Source: a virus (lineage: Duplodnaviria; Caudoviricetes). Taken from it: 64,000 nt of DNA. Each line of letters starts with the position of its first letter. The first letter of the stretch is position 1. This document shows positions 51,202-61,834 of the stretch, one piece after another. A model generated the notes under the pieces. The model saw nothing but the letters and a program-made list of their open reading frames with translations. It was not told the DNA's origin and searched no databases. The stretch covers positions 1-64,000 of the IMG/VR virus record IMGVR_UViG_3300030433_002456. One strand, 5' to 3'. A program made the translations under genes and the position numbers.

Positions 51202-51663
51202 ATGGTAGAATTTAACAAAGACATAGACACATCGGATTTTGACGAGTTTGATTTTGGATTTGAGTTGGTTGATGGTCCCGCTCCAGTCGAGACCACTTCT
51301 GAACCACAATCCGTTTCCGTTGACACGACGGAGATTGATGATCGACTAGACACACTCGAAGACAAGATTAATAATGTTCTTAATATCGTTTCGCTCAGTG
51401 ATTCTAGCGATGATATTCGTAGAGCGATTGAGGACCAAGGGGTCTCTATTTCAACCGCACTCGAATCTGTCGAGGATATGAAAGAAAATATGCAAAGAGA
51501 ATATGAAAGAAAACTAGAAGAAGTTGAAAAACTTGTTCTACCTCTTTTAGTCAATCTTACAAAAAACCCAGAACGAGAATACATCAAGTGGCCAAATCGT
51601 GCTAAGTCCGTGCAAGGTCACATTAATAAGATTTTAGAGGTAACCAGAGGTAATGGCGACTAA
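51202..51663 (+). CDS. Conserved T4-like hypothetical protein
   Basis: FDFGF N-terminus, coiled coil, LPLL.NL.KNPE..YI.WPNR. Confidence 0.65.
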   Translation: MVEFNKDIDTSDFDEFDFGFELVDGPAPVETTSEPQSVSVDTTEIDDRLDTLEDKINNVLNIVSLSDSSDDIRRAIEDQGVSISTALESVEDMKENMQREYERKLEEVEKLVLPLLVNLTKNPEREYIKWPNRAKSVQGHINKILEVTRGNGD

Positions 51664-52507
51664 TCCATACTTTCGTAAAGCAGTTCGCTCAGAGCAAGAC
51701 CTTATTGATGATCTTTCTATTGAAGTGATCAAAATCAATGGGTTTGATATGATATATCTCCCGCGAACTCTTGTGAGAGAGGATGAAATTTTCGGTGAAG
51801 ACAGAACTCCCTCTAGATTTAGCACTGGTAGAGAAATTGAAATGCTCGTCGAATCAGTCGATGGTTTTGAAGGAGACGGAGAGGTCTTTGGCAGATTTGG
51901 TCTTGAGATTAAAGATAATGTTTCTCTGCTTGTTTCAAAAACAAGATTTGAAAAAGAGTTTTCTGATCTTGGGTTCAAGGAACCAAGAGAAGGTGATCTG
52001 ATCTATTTCCCCATATCAGGTGGTCTTTTTGAAATTGATTACGTTGAGAGAGAAAATCCATTCTATCAACTTAACAAGATTAATACGTTCAAGTTAACTT
52101 GCTCGCTTTTCCGTTTCAGTGGAGAGGATTTCCAAACTGGGTTCTCAGTGGTCGATGGTGTCACTAGTGATCACCTCGATCAATTGCAAACTCTTGTGCT
52201 TGGTGCGGGGACAGGAAACTACACAGAGGGAGAGACTGTTATTCAGGGTGCGGGTTCCACAATCGCTGCTCTCGTTCAGGAGTGGAAGTCCGCCAGCAAA
52301 ACTCTTTTCGTCAACGGTATTACCGGTGCGTTCCAAGTTGGTGTTACCGTTGAGGGTCAGTCCTCCGGAACCAAGTATCTTCTTGGAAGCACCGGAACCA
52401 CCAACGAGTTCGTTGTCCCCGACGCTGATGAGGATAACACCGAATTTGAAAGTAACGCATTGTTCGACTTTACAGACCTCGATCCGTTCTCGGAGGGTGA
52501 CCTATAA
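51653..52507 (+). CDS. gp14: Neck protein gp14
   Basis: MATNPYF...EQDL..DL.IE.IKI.G.D..YLPR, FGLEIKD, PREGDLIYFP, FEI.YVE.E.PFYQL. Confidence 0.95.
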   Translation: MATNPYFRKAVRSEQDLIDDLSIEVIKINGFDMIYLPRTLVREDEIFGEDRTPSRFSTGREIEMLVESVDGFEGDGEVFGRFGLEIKDNVSLLVSKTRFEKEFSDLGFKEPREGDLIYFPISGGLFEIDYVERENPFYQLNKINTFKLTCSLFRFSGEDFQTGFSVVDGVTSDHLDQLQTLVLGAGTGNYTEGETVIQGAGSTIAALVQEWKSASKTLFVNGITGAFQVGVTVEGQSSGTKYLLGSTGTTNEFVVPDADEDNTEFESNALFDFTDLDPFSEGDL

Positions 52508-53355
52508 TGTTTGAAACATTTTATAACGAAACTATAAGAAACACCGTCATTGGGTTTGGTTCTTTATTCAATGAGATATTTGTAAGCAGAAAAGACTCAG
52601 ACGGAAACGAGACGAGTAGATTTAAAGTCCCGATTACATACGCACCAAAAGAAAAGTTTATTCGTATGCTTAACGAATACTCTGGTCTCAAGGGAACAGC
52701 GAACGAGCGTGATATATCAACTATTTTGCCGAGAATTGGTTTTAACATAGAGGCGATAAATTATGATTCTGAGAGAAAAAGAAACACCCTCTCAAAAAGA
52801 TATACTGCTAGTTCAACATCAAATCAAATTAAGTTTGAGTATGCAGAGGTTCCGTACTCGATAGACTTCTTTCTAACCATTGCGTCTAGAACTATGGAAG
52901 ACGCTCTACAAATAATAGAGCAAATTCTCGCATTCTTCACACCAGAGTTTATTGTTTCCATAAACTTCACTGACGCTAGAAATAAAATAGATGTGCCGAT
53001 TACTCTAACTTCGGTTGCCTCAGAGGTTGACTTCGAGGGTGATACATCAACACAAAGATCCATAGTTTTTAATCTATCTTTCACCGCGAGAACATATGTT
53101 TACGGTCCAACTAAAGAAAGCAAGGTTATTACAAAAGTCGATACGACTTTCTTCAACGCAGACTTCGACTCGCAAGGTGTCACCGGGGCAACCGGCGCAC
53201 TGGCACGGGTCATCGCTGGTATCACCGGACCTAATGGACTAACGTCTGATATCAATGAATATACTGGAGTAAATGTATTCGGGTCAACAACTGACAGAGC
53301 AAATTCTATCTTTGAGTATCCAAATACGCTTGACTCACTAGGAGCAACAATATGA
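52507..53355 (+). CDS. gp15: Tail sheath stabiliser/terminator gp15
   Basis: FYNETIR..VI.FG.LFN.I, VP..YAPKEKF, LPRI.F, YD..RK, QIIEQIL.FF.P. Confidence 0.95.
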   Translation: MFETFYNETIRNTVIGFGSLFNEIFVSRKDSDGNETSRFKVPITYAPKEKFIRMLNEYSGLKGTANERDISTILPRIGFNIEAINYDSERKRNTLSKRYTASSTSNQIKFEYAEVPYSIDFFLTIASRTMEDALQIIEQILAFFTPEFIVSINFTDARNKIDVPITLTSVASEVDFEGDTSTQRSIVFNLSFTARTYVYGPTKESKVITKVDTTFFNADFDSQGVTGATGALARVIAGITGPNGLTSDINEYTGVNVFGSTTDRANSIFEYPNTLDSLGATI

Positions 53356-53813
53356 GTGATAAATTAGAAAAATCATTAAATATCGATCCCGTCGAAAAAA
53401 TCAAACAACCGGTCGTAAGAAAAAAACCAGTTGAGATCGTGGTTTCCGATGAAGTTCGTGAAAATAAAAAGAAAATGGATCAAAACGCTGACTACGCTGA
53501 AGTTCGTGATAATCTAAAGAATATAATTGGCACGGGGTTGAACGCCATAGATGGGATTCTTTCCGTTGCGAGTGAGGGAGAGTCTCCACGGGCATATGAG
53601 GTCGTCTCACAGTTAATCAAGAGTGTCACCGATGCAAACAAAGATCTCATCGGACTGCACAAGCAGATGCAGGACTTGGATGAACAGGGTGGAGGCAAAA
53701 CCACCGGACCTGTCACTAATAATTCGATCTTCGTCGGTTCGACAAAGGAACTACAAAAACTAGTGAAAAGTAATTTTAAACAATTGAAGGACGAAGCGGA
53801 TGGCGGATCATGA
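53352..53813 (+). CDS. gp16: Terminase small subunit gp16
   Basis: DY..VR.NL..II..G..AI, ESPRAYEV..QLIK, TNNSIFVGST.ELQK. Confidence 0.95.
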   Translation: MSDKLEKSLNIDPVEKIKQPVVRKKPVEIVVSDEVRENKKKMDQNADYAEVRDNLKNIIGTGLNAIDGILSVASEGESPRAYEVVSQLIKSVTDANKDLIGLHKQMQDLDEQGGGKTTGPVTNNSIFVGSTKELQKLVKSNFKQLKDEADGGS

Positions 53814-55443
53814 ATCTACTTATCTTGGCAACATAAACCTAAAACCCGCCGGGGTAAACATAGAGTTTACAGAGGAGCAGGTTCAAGAGTATCTCAAGTG
53901 CCAGCAGGATCCTCTTTACTTTATTAAAAATTATATTAAAATCATTTCTCTTGACGAGGGTCTTGTTCCATTCAAGACTTGGGCATATCAAGATAATATG
54001 ATCAATACAATTCATAATAATAGATTTACAATTGCCAAACTTCCACGGCAGTCAGGAAAGTCTACTACGGTTATCGCTTACCTTTTACATTATGTTCTTT
54101 TCAACTCTGAAGTTAATGTTGCAATTCTCGCCAACAAGCAAGCGACCGCACGGGAACTCCTCTACCGATTAAAGTTGGCATATGAAAACTTACCCAAGTG
54201 GTTGCAGCAAGGGATCATCGAATGGAACAAGGGAAATATTTCTTTAGAAAACAACTCTAAGGTTCTTGCCTCCTCCACCTCGTCCAGTGCGGTTCGTGGT
54301 GGTTCATTCAACATGATCTTTCTTGATGAATTTGCATATGTCCCTGAAAATGTGGCAGATGAATTTTTCTCATCTGTCTATCCGACAATCTCATCTGGTA
54401 AAGAAACCAAAGTTTTAATTATCAGCACGCCCAAAGGTTTGAACATGTATTACAAACTTTGGCGTGATGCGGAGGAAGGAAACAACTCTTATGTTCCCAT
54501 TGAAGTGCATTGGTCGGAAGTTCCGGGACGCGATGATAAGTGGAAGAAAGAGACGATTGCAAACACCTCGCAGTCACAGTTTCGTGCTGAGTTTGAATGT
54601 GAGTTTATTGGATCACAGAACACACTGATCGACCCTGCTAAATTAAAATGCTTGGCGTATCGAAAACCCATAGCAGAACGAGATGATGGTTTTGTGCAAT
54701 ATTATCCACCAGAAGAGGATCGCACATACTTCATGTCAGTGGATGTGTCCCGTGGTCGTGAACTAGACTACCACGCGGTAACTGTTCTGGATATAACGGA
54801 GATGCCATATAAAATTTGTGCAATTTATAGAAACAACGAACTCGCTCCCATGCTTTTACCAAATATTGTAAATGCCATAGGTAATATTTACAACAAAGCA
54901 TGGTGTCTAGTTGAGATCAACGATATCGGTGGTCAGGTCGCGGATGTTCTCTATAACGAACTCGAATATGAGAATCTTATGATTACCAGTGTTCGTGGTC
55001 GTAAGGGTCAGACGATGGATGGTGGTTTTGGTAGTTTTCAATCACAACTGGGTGTGCGAACCAGTCCTGCTGTGAAGAAACTTGGGTGTGCTTTACTTAA
55101 AGACATGATCGAGGGCGACAAGATGCTCATCGAAGATTATCAAATGATCCAAGAACTCACGGCGTTTGTTTCAAAAAAGAATTCATATGAGGCAGAAACG
55201 GGTCACCACGATGACTTGGTAATGACTCTGGTTTTATTTGCATGGACCACTTCGCAAAACTATTTCAAAGAACTAACTGACCTAGATATAAGGACGAAAC
55301 TTTATCAAGACAAAATTCGTCAAATAGAAGAAGATCTTGCTCCATTTGGTTTTATTGACGACGGATCGTTGGACGATACCTTTATCGATAATCAAGGAAC
55401 GCGGTGGAGTGTGGATAAAGACAACGACAGTATGGGTTGGTGA
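53800..55443 (+). CDS. gp17: Terminase large subunit gp17
   Basis: Walker A PRQSGKST, FLDEFA, ISTPKG, VDVSRG, HDDLVM. Confidence 0.98.
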   Translation: MADHESTYLGNINLKPAGVNIEFTEEQVQEYLKCQQDPLYFIKNYIKIISLDEGLVPFKTWAYQDNMINTIHNNRFTIAKLPRQSGKSTTVIAYLLHYVLFNSEVNVAILANKQATARELLYRLKLAYENLPKWLQQGIIEWNKGNISLENNSKVLASSTSSSAVRGGSFNMIFLDEFAYVPENVADEFFSSVYPTISSGKETKVLIISTPKGLNMYYKLWRDAEEGNNSYVPIEVHWSEVPGRDDKWKKETIANTSQSQFRAEFECEFIGSQNTLIDPAKLKCLAYRKPIAERDDGFVQYYPPEEDRTYFMSVDVSRGRELDYHAVTVLDITEMPYKICAIYRNNELAPMLLPNIVNAIGNIYNKAWCLVEINDIGGQVADVLYNELEYENLMITSVRGRKGQTMDGGFGSFQSQLGVRTSPAVKKLGCALLKDMIEGDKMLIEDYQMIQELTAFVSKKNSYEAETGHHDDLVMTLVLFAWTTSQNYFKELTDLDIRTKLYQDKIRQIEEDLAPFGFIDDGSLDDTFIDNQGTRWSVDKDNDSMGW

Positions 55444-55489
55444 AAATAACTAATTTGCTAGATACTACAGCGTTGATAAGGAGATAACA

Positions 55490-57823
55490 ATGGCATTTCA
55501 ACTTAGTCCCGGTGTCGATGTAAAAGAAATCGATCTGACAGCAATCATCCCTGCCGTGTCCACAACCAAGGCAGGATTTGCAGGACTCTTTAACTGGGGT
55601 CCAGTGGAACAAAGAATTACAGTCACCAGTGTAAACGACTTGGTGGAGCGGTTTAACAACCCAGATAACGTAAACTACTCGTATTGGTTTACCGCAGCGA
55701 ACTACCTTGGTTACTCAAATAACCTTCAAGTGGTTCGAGTAGTAGATCAAGACACTGCAAAGAACGCATCTACCAATGGTGGATTCTTTGTAAAAAATGA
55801 TGAACACTTTGAAGAAGTCGATTCAACAGCAACCGCTGCAAACCATGAGTTCATTGGTAAATATTGCGGAACACTTGGTAACTCTCTGTTCGTCTCTGTC
55901 TCTGATAGGACCGAACAAAGTCTGAACCCAGTTATCGCCTTCCCATCTACTTCTACCGGATTTACCATTACAAACACAAGTGGTCCAACCACATCATCCA
56001 CTGCGTTTGGTTTTATTACAACCAACCTACCAAGTGGAATTGTTGCAAATAGTGATAAGTTGAGATTTAAGCGAGGTGAACCAAGAACTATTACCGGAGT
56101 TACCAATGCCGTCTCCTTTGGTAAGTTTGAATCAAGTGGTGCTGGTGCTACCGTCGCTGCTCTCGGTAAAGCAGTAACTCGCGCCGCAGGTGCTACTTTC
56201 AACATCACGCTAACCACTGCTGGATCCACCGCTGGTCTCGAACCCGGAGGTTATCTAACGTTTACTAATAGCAGTGGTGTCGTTGGTGTGGCAAAAATTA
56301 GTGCGATGTCAAACGCGGCAGCGGGTGTAACGTGTCAGGTCACAACCGGTGCAAGTGGGTTTGGTTTTGCAGGTGATTCTACTACCTTCACGACAGACAG
56401 TGAATTTATTACTCTCGGTCAAGTAACCGCAGGAGGATTCACTTTCGCAGATGCTACCTCTGGTCTCACCGCCGCCAGTGTTCGATGGAAGTATGCTGAA
56501 GAGTTTGATCAAAAACTACCAGCGACCAGTTCCTCCGTTGAAGCACACGGTGCCTCTTTCGATCTACTCCACGCCATTGTGATCGACGAAGACGGTGACT
56601 GGACAGGGACAAAGGGAACTGTTCTTGAAAGATTCCCATCACTTTCTAAGGCAAAGAATGCCAAGAGAGCGAATGGTTCCTCGATTTACTATAAGGACTT
56701 TATTAACGCCAACTCTGAGTATGTGTTCTCAGCAGATGATCCCGGTTTTGCCACACACGTTGCGGGAACCTTTGCCTTTGGTGATGATTCAACTTCATCT
56801 GGTGGAACGTTTGCTAAACTCTCACAGAACTACTATGAGTCTCTCTCTGGTGGTACGTCCTCTGCCCCCGCCCAGAATGATTTCTACGAAAATGGTTACG
56901 AATTGTTCGCCGACTCAGAAACCGTGGATATTTCACTAATTCTAGGTGGTCCGACAGAGGGAATCCAAGCGAAGAAACTTGTCGATCTTGTTACCGCTAG
57001 GAAAGATGCAGTTGTATTCTTGTCTCCTCCATCTAACGCGGTTGTTAACTCAACCGGAAACGCATCTAAGAGTGCGGCGGTTGCAACAGCAAATGTTGCA
57101 GCATATCGTCAAGGTCTTAACGGTGCTGATGCCGGAGGTGATGTCAACTACACTAATGATAACTTAAATGTATCTTCTTCCTATGCAGTTCTAGATAGTG
57201 GTTACAAGTATATGTTTGATCAGTTTAATGATGTCTTCCGGTTCGTCCCGCTTAACGGGGATATCGCAGGTATCGCAGTTAGATCAGACCTCGAAACTGA
57301 AACTTGGTTCTCTCCAGCAGGATTTAACCGTGGACAGGTTCGTGGAGTCGTGAAACTTGCATACAACCCACTCAAGGCACAGAGAGATGAACTCTATATC
57401 AACGGAATCAACCCAGTTGTTTCCTTCCCCGGAGAAGGCACAGTTCTCTTCGGTGATAAGACTCTACTCTCCAAACCAAGTGCGTTTGATAGAATTAATG
57501 TAAGACGACTCTTTATTGTTCTTGAGAAGGCAATTGCCACCGCTGCTAAGTTCCAACTCTTCGAGCAGAACGATGCGTTTACCCGTGCTTCCTTCCGACA
57601 GTTGATCGAACCATTCCTTCGAGATGTTCAGTCTCGAAGAGGTATCATCGACTTCAAGGTCGTGTGTGATGAGTCCAACAACACCGGAGAGGTGATTGAT
57701 AGAAACGAGTTTGTTGCAGATATCTTTATCAAACCAACTCGCTCGATCAACTTCATCTCGCTTAACTTCATTGCCACTAGAACTGGCATTGACTTTGACG
57801 AAATTGGCGGATCGTCCGCATAA
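55490..57823 (+). CDS. gp18: Tail sheath protein gp18
   Basis: LSPGV.VKE.DLT, F.WGP, WFSPAG.NRG, GDKT, FDRINVRRLF, RSINFI.LNF.A. Confidence 0.98.
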   Translation: MAFQLSPGVDVKEIDLTAIIPAVSTTKAGFAGLFNWGPVEQRITVTSVNDLVERFNNPDNVNYSYWFTAANYLGYSNNLQVVRVVDQDTAKNASTNGGFFVKNDEHFEEVDSTATAANHEFIGKYCGTLGNSLFVSVSDRTEQSLNPVIAFPSTSTGFTITNTSGPTTSSTAFGFITTNLPSGIVANSDKLRFKRGEPRTITGVTNAVSFGKFESSGAGATVAALGKAVTRAAGATFNITLTTAGSTAGLEPGGYLTFTNSSGVVGVAKISAMSNAAAGVTCQVTTGASGFGFAGDSTTFTTDSEFITLGQVTAGGFTFADATSGLTAASVRWKYAEEFDQKLPATSSSVEAHGASFDLLHAIVIDEDGDWTGTKGTVLERFPSLSKAKNAKRANGSSIYYKDFINANSEYVFSADDPGFATHVAGTFAFGDDSTSSGGTFAKLSQNYYESLSGGTSSAPAQNDFYENGYELFADSETVDISLILGGPTEGIQAKKLVDLVTARKDAVVFLSPPSNAVVNSTGNASKSAAVATANVAAYRQGLNGADAGGDVNYTNDNLNVSSSYAVLDSGYKYMFDQFNDVFRFVPLNGDIAGIAVRSDLETETWFSPAGFNRGQVRGVVKLAYNPLKAQRDELYINGINPVVSFPGEGTVLFGDKTLLSKPSAFDRINVRRLFIVLEKAIATAAKFQLFEQNDAFTRASFRQLIEPFLRDVQSRRGIIDFKVVCDESNNTGEVIDRNEFVADIFIKPTRSINFISLNFIATRTGIDFDEIGGSSA

Positions 57824-57853
57824 ACGCCATACATAGAAAAGGAGATCTAACAC

Positions 57854-58417
57854 ATGAATATCGAAAGATTTAAATCAGCACTTTCTACAGGTGGCGTTCG
57901 TCCAGCATTTTTCCGGGTTCAGGGTAACATCGGAAAGACAACGCTACCTGATAAGGTTGGTTTTCTAGTTAAAACCGCCGCCCTACCTGCCACTGAGATT
58001 GGTGAAATCCCAGTGGACTATAGGGGTCGAACCATCAAACTTCCCGGAAAAAGAACCTATGGTGACTGGGAGATTACGCTTCTCGCGGATGGTGAGTTCC
58101 AACTTAGAAACGCCTTCGAGCGTTGGGTCAATGACCTAAACGATACTGTAGAGAATGTTGCCGATCAAGAGCATAACCTAAACAATGTTTTGTTCCCAAA
58201 CTGGAGTATTGATCAACTCGATAGACGAGGCAATCCAATTAAAACTTATACCATGTTCCACTGCTGGCCAAAGGCGGTTTCTCAGATCGAGAACACATAT
58301 GATAATGAAGGTCTAGCAGAGTTTTCCGTGACACTCGCCTATTCTTACTTCCTCACCAATGACGGAACTGGTGCGAATCGAGTCCCACTCGGTGATGCTG
58401 CGTTCCCCGGTGAGTGA
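57854..58417 (+). CDS. gp19: Tail tube protein gp19
   Basis: GGVRP..F, AALPA..IG.I.V.YRGR..K.PG.RT...W..T, RNAFE.W, QLDR.G. Confidence 0.95.
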   Translation: MNIERFKSALSTGGVRPAFFRVQGNIGKTTLPDKVGFLVKTAALPATEIGEIPVDYRGRTIKLPGKRTYGDWEITLLADGEFQLRNAFERWVNDLNDTVENVADQEHNLNNVLFPNWSIDQLDRRGNPIKTYTMFHCWPKAVSQIENTYDNEGLAEFSVTLAYSYFLTNDGTGANRVPLGDAAFPGE

Positions 58418-58438
58418 TAGATAAAGAAGAGGTGAATT

Positions 58439-59941
58439 ATGCCAATAGATATTTTTGGTTTTAGTATTGGAAGAACAAAATCTTCCCCAAACATGGACCC
58501 CTCCTTAGATGCTAAAGAGGTGAAGTCGTTCGTTCCACCGTTACTCGACGATGCAAGTTATGTCGATGCCGGTGGATATTTTGGTGCTTATCTTGATTTA
58601 GATGGGTCACTAAAAACTGAGCAAGAGTTTATCGCAAAATATAGAGAGATGTCACTACACCCAGAGGTAGAGAGTGCCATCGAGGATGTTTGTAACGAGG
58701 CGATAGTTTTTGATGAAGAGAGAAAATCAGTAGAGTTAGTTCTTGATCAAGTTGATATTTCAGATCAAATGAAGGGCAAAATTCAAGAGGAATACGCACA
58801 AATATTACGTCTTCTTGATTTTGGCAATCGTGGTTATGAAATTTTCCGACGATGGTTTATTGATGGTAAAGGATACTACCATATTCTTATCGATAAATCG
58901 AACCCCAAAAAAGGAATTATAGAATTACGTCCCGTAGATGCACTAAAGATGAAGAAAATTGTCGAGGTTCAGAAAGAGACGGACCAAAAAACTGGGACTA
59001 AGGTGGTCAAAGGTGTTAAAGAATTTTACACTTTTAGAGAAAAGTCAACCGATCAAACTGGATTAAAACTATCACCTGAATCAATTTGTTACTATCATTC
59101 TGGACTGTTTGATCCACTTTCCAACCGTGCCATAAGTTATCTACACAAAGCAATCAAACCGCTCAATCAACTCAGAATGATCGAGGACGCTGTTGTAATT
59201 TATAGAATATCTCGGGCACCAGAGAGAAGAATATTTTACGTTGATGTCGGTTCTTTGCCAAAGAATAAAGCAGAGGCATACGTTCGAGATCTCATGAATA
59301 GATACCGAACAAAACTTACATATGACGCTTCAACCGGAGAAATCCGCGATCAGAAAAAGTTCATGTCAATGCTAGAGGATTACTGGTTACCAAGACGAGA
59401 GGGTGGTAAAGGCACAGAAATCCAAACTCTTGATGGTGGACAAAATCTAGGTGAAATGGAAGATGTCGAGTATTTCCTTAAGAAACTTTACAAAGCACTC
59501 AACGTCCCACAATCAAGACTAGAGGCAGAGAATGGTTTTAACATGGGTAGATCATCTGAAATCACCCGCGATGAACTAAAATTTTATAAGTATATTGAAA
59601 GACTTCGTTCAAAGTTCAACAGTATTTTTATTCATCTACTAAAAACTCAATGTATTCTCAAGGGTATGATGAAGGAGGAAGATTGGTTTAAGATTGAACA
59701 AGATATTCGTTTCGAGTATGTGACTGATTCTTACTTCACAGAGTTAAAAGAATATGAAATATTAAAGGAAAGACTAGATACTCTAGACACTGTTCAACAA
59801 CACATCGGTGATTACTACTCTAGAGAGTGGGTTCGTAAGAATATCTTGCAGCAAACGGACAAAGAAATAAAGAAGCAAGATAAGGTAATTCAGAAAGAAA
59901 GAGAACTAGGTCTAATTAAAGACGACACCGGAGGATTCTAA
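58439..59941 (+). CDS. gp20: Portal protein gp20
   Basis: YREM..HPEV..AI, SYLHKAIKP.NQLRMIEDA.VIYR.SRAPERRIFY.DVG, MLEDYWLPRREGG.GTEI. Confidence 0.98.
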   Translation: MPIDIFGFSIGRTKSSPNMDPSLDAKEVKSFVPPLLDDASYVDAGGYFGAYLDLDGSLKTEQEFIAKYREMSLHPEVESAIEDVCNEAIVFDEERKSVELVLDQVDISDQMKGKIQEEYAQILRLLDFGNRGYEIFRRWFIDGKGYYHILIDKSNPKKGIIELRPVDALKMKKIVEVQKETDQKTGTKVVKGVKEFYTFREKSTDQTGLKLSPESICYYHSGLFDPLSNRAISYLHKAIKPLNQLRMIEDAVVIYRISRAPERRIFYVDVGSLPKNKAEAYVRDLMNRYRTKLTYDASTGEIRDQKKFMSMLEDYWLPRREGGKGTEIQTLDGGQNLGEMEDVEYFLKKLYKALNVPQSRLEAENGFNMGRSSEITRDELKFYKYIERLRSKFNSIFIHLLKTQCILKGMMKEEDWFKIEQDIRFEYVTDSYFTELKEYEILKERLDTLDTVQQHIGDYYSREWVRKNILQQTDKEIKKQDKVIQKERELGLIKDDTGGF

Positions 59942-60672
59942 TGCGTTCGCTTATAGATTTTATAGAAAACGATCAGATTGACTTACTTGAAACTTTTATC
60001 GAGTCTCGTTTATCTGAACTTGCTATAAAAAACTTTGACGAGGCGACTCCGCGTGTGTTTAATATTTTTGAACAAGAGGGTTCTGCGACAGAGGATCCCA
60101 AAGGAACAATAGAGGATCCGTTACTACAACCATCTGACATTGTTTCAAAGGAATATTTCTTCAAAAGGTTTCCATACGGTGATCATGAGATTCTCATGAA
60201 AAAGGTTGGCATGGGACAAAACGCACCAACGGTAACTTACATTGATGGTGAGCGGTATGAAGTTTTCACCACATCGAAGCAGGCAGAAAAGGAGACCATT
60301 CGCTATATTAAGGATGGTTCTTATGCTAAAGCAAACGACGCAAAAAAAGCAAAAGAAGATGAGGCGGCGAAGGCAGAGCAAGACAAAGTAGAGGCAGAAG
60401 ATCAAAAGAAAAAAGAGGAAGAGGCGAACCACGAAAAAATAACTGAGTCTCTACGTCGGGTCACTGACACTGGTCGTCCCTCTATTTTTACAATGACAAA
60501 CGGCGAGGAAATGATAATTACGCTATCAGAAGCGACACACGCCTTAGAAATACTAAATCTGCTAAATAATCAGAACGGCATTAAGTTTTTAAGGCGTTTG
60601 TCTGACAGTGTGACTTCATATCAAGACACTATGGACTTTTTTCTCGACAGAATTAGAAAAGGAATCTATTGA
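59941..60672 (+). CDS. Prohead core protein (gp67/gp68-region)
   Basis: Located between portal and protease; charged; contains NFDE, IFE and ITE motifs. Confidence 0.55.
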   Translation: MRSLIDFIENDQIDLLETFIESRLSELAIKNFDEATPRVFNIFEQEGSATEDPKGTIEDPLLQPSDIVSKEYFFKRFPYGDHEILMKKVGMGQNAPTVTYIDGERYEVFTTSKQAEKETIRYIKDGSYAKANDAKKAKEDEAAKAEQDKVEAEDQKKKEEEANHEKITESLRRVTDTGRPSIFTMTNGEEMIITLSEATHALEILNLLNNQNGIKFLRRLSDSVTSYQDTMDFFLDRIRKGIY

Positions 60673-61187
60673 TGGAAACGGAAACTATTTTACGGTCAAT
60701 TGAAAATGGAAAACTTAACGATGCCCGTGAGGGTATTGATGAGATTCTACTTAACAAGATTGCAGATTCTCTTGAAGAGAAACGTCAAGGTCTTGGTGAC
60801 GCACTAGTTGGTGTGTGTGAGGGATGTGAAGAAGAAATCGCAGAAATAAAAATGGATGCCAAAGAAATGAAAATGGAAATGGCAGCAATGAAAGAAGCGA
60901 TGCATAAAGAGATGGCAGGCGGCGGCGCATCTGAAATGGAAATCGCTGAAATGATGAAAAAAATGGAAGCAATGACCTACAAAGAAATGAAAGAACTCAT
61001 GCATAAAGAGGGCATCCATTATGAGACAAGTCACATGGACGAGGAGTCAGACTATGACGCTTTTTTTAAAAAGGCGATGAAAAAGTTTAATATCTCTTCG
61101 CCCGCCGATCTCAAGAGTGATGAGGAAAAGAAAAAGTTCTTTAACTATGTTGACAAGAACTACAAAGCAGAAAAAGAGACAGACTGA
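60669..61187 (+). CDS. Prohead core protein (gp67-like) with a Met-rich insert
   Basis: N-terminal I...G.L..A......L..KI...LE.KR helix; Met/His-rich middle; C-terminal Y..FFKKAMKKF.I.SPADL...KKKFF..VDK module. Confidence 0.65.
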   Translation: MMETETILRSIENGKLNDAREGIDEILLNKIADSLEEKRQGLGDALVGVCEGCEEEIAEIKMDAKEMKMEMAAMKEAMHKEMAGGGASEMEIAEMMKKMEAMTYKEMKELMHKEGIHYETSHMDEESDYDAFFKKAMKKFNISSPADLKSDEEKKKFFNYVDKNYKAEKETD

Positions 61188-61834
61188 TGCTACTTATTAC
61201 CGAACATACTGATAACATCAACTTGATCACTGAAGGAACTGATGGTTCTAAGGAGTATCATATTGAAGGTATCTTTATGGAGGCAGATAAGAAAAACCGC
61301 AACGGTCGTGTTTACCCTAAGAAAATTCTTTTTAATGAAGTCAAGCGATACAATGAAGACTTTGTTTCTAAGAATCGGGGTATGGGTGAACTAGGTCACC
61401 CTGATGGTCCCACCGTAAATCTTGAGCGAGTTTCTCATATTATCAAGGAACTTAAGACAGACGGAACAAATATCATGGGCAAGGCAAAGATCCTTGATAC
61501 TCCATATGGTAAAATTGTAAAGAACCTGATCGACGAGGGCGTTAAGATTGGCGTTTCCTCCCGTGGAATGGGTTCCCTTAAAAACGTAGACGGCATCAAT
61601 GAAGTCCAAGATGACTTTTTACTTGCCGCAGTAGACATCGTTGCTGATCCATCAGCACCCAATGCATTTGTTGAGGGAGTTATGGAAGGCAAGGAATGGG
61701 TTTGGAACAACGGAGTTCTCGAACCAAGACACATTGAGTCTTACAAGGACAGGATTCAAAAAGCATCGACTATACGAGAATCTAATGAAGCGAAGTTGTA
61801 TGCCTTCGCTGATTTCCTGTCAAAACTTATTTAA
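61187..61834 (+). CDS. gp21: Prohead protease gp21
   Basis: IEGIFM.A...NRNGRVYP, GELGHP.GP.VNL.RVSH, GVSSRG.GS, DIVADPSAP.AFV. Confidence 0.98.
   Translation: MLLITEHTDNINLITEGTDGSKEYHIEGIFMEADKKNRNGRVYPKKILFNEVKRYNEDFVSKNRGMGELGHPDGPTVNLERVSHIIKELKTDGTNIMGKAKILDTPYGKIVKNLIDEGVKIGVSSRGMGSLKNVDGINEVQDDFLLAAVDIVADPSAPNAFVEGVMEGKEWVWNNGVLEPRHIESYKDRIQKASTIRESNEAKLYAFADFLSKLI

Noticed and set aside
53800-59941. Inteins or introns in terminase, sheath or portal
   Set aside because: gp17 and gp20 lengths are ordinary and no splice motifs were seen. The gp18 insertion is a Gly/Thr-rich domain.
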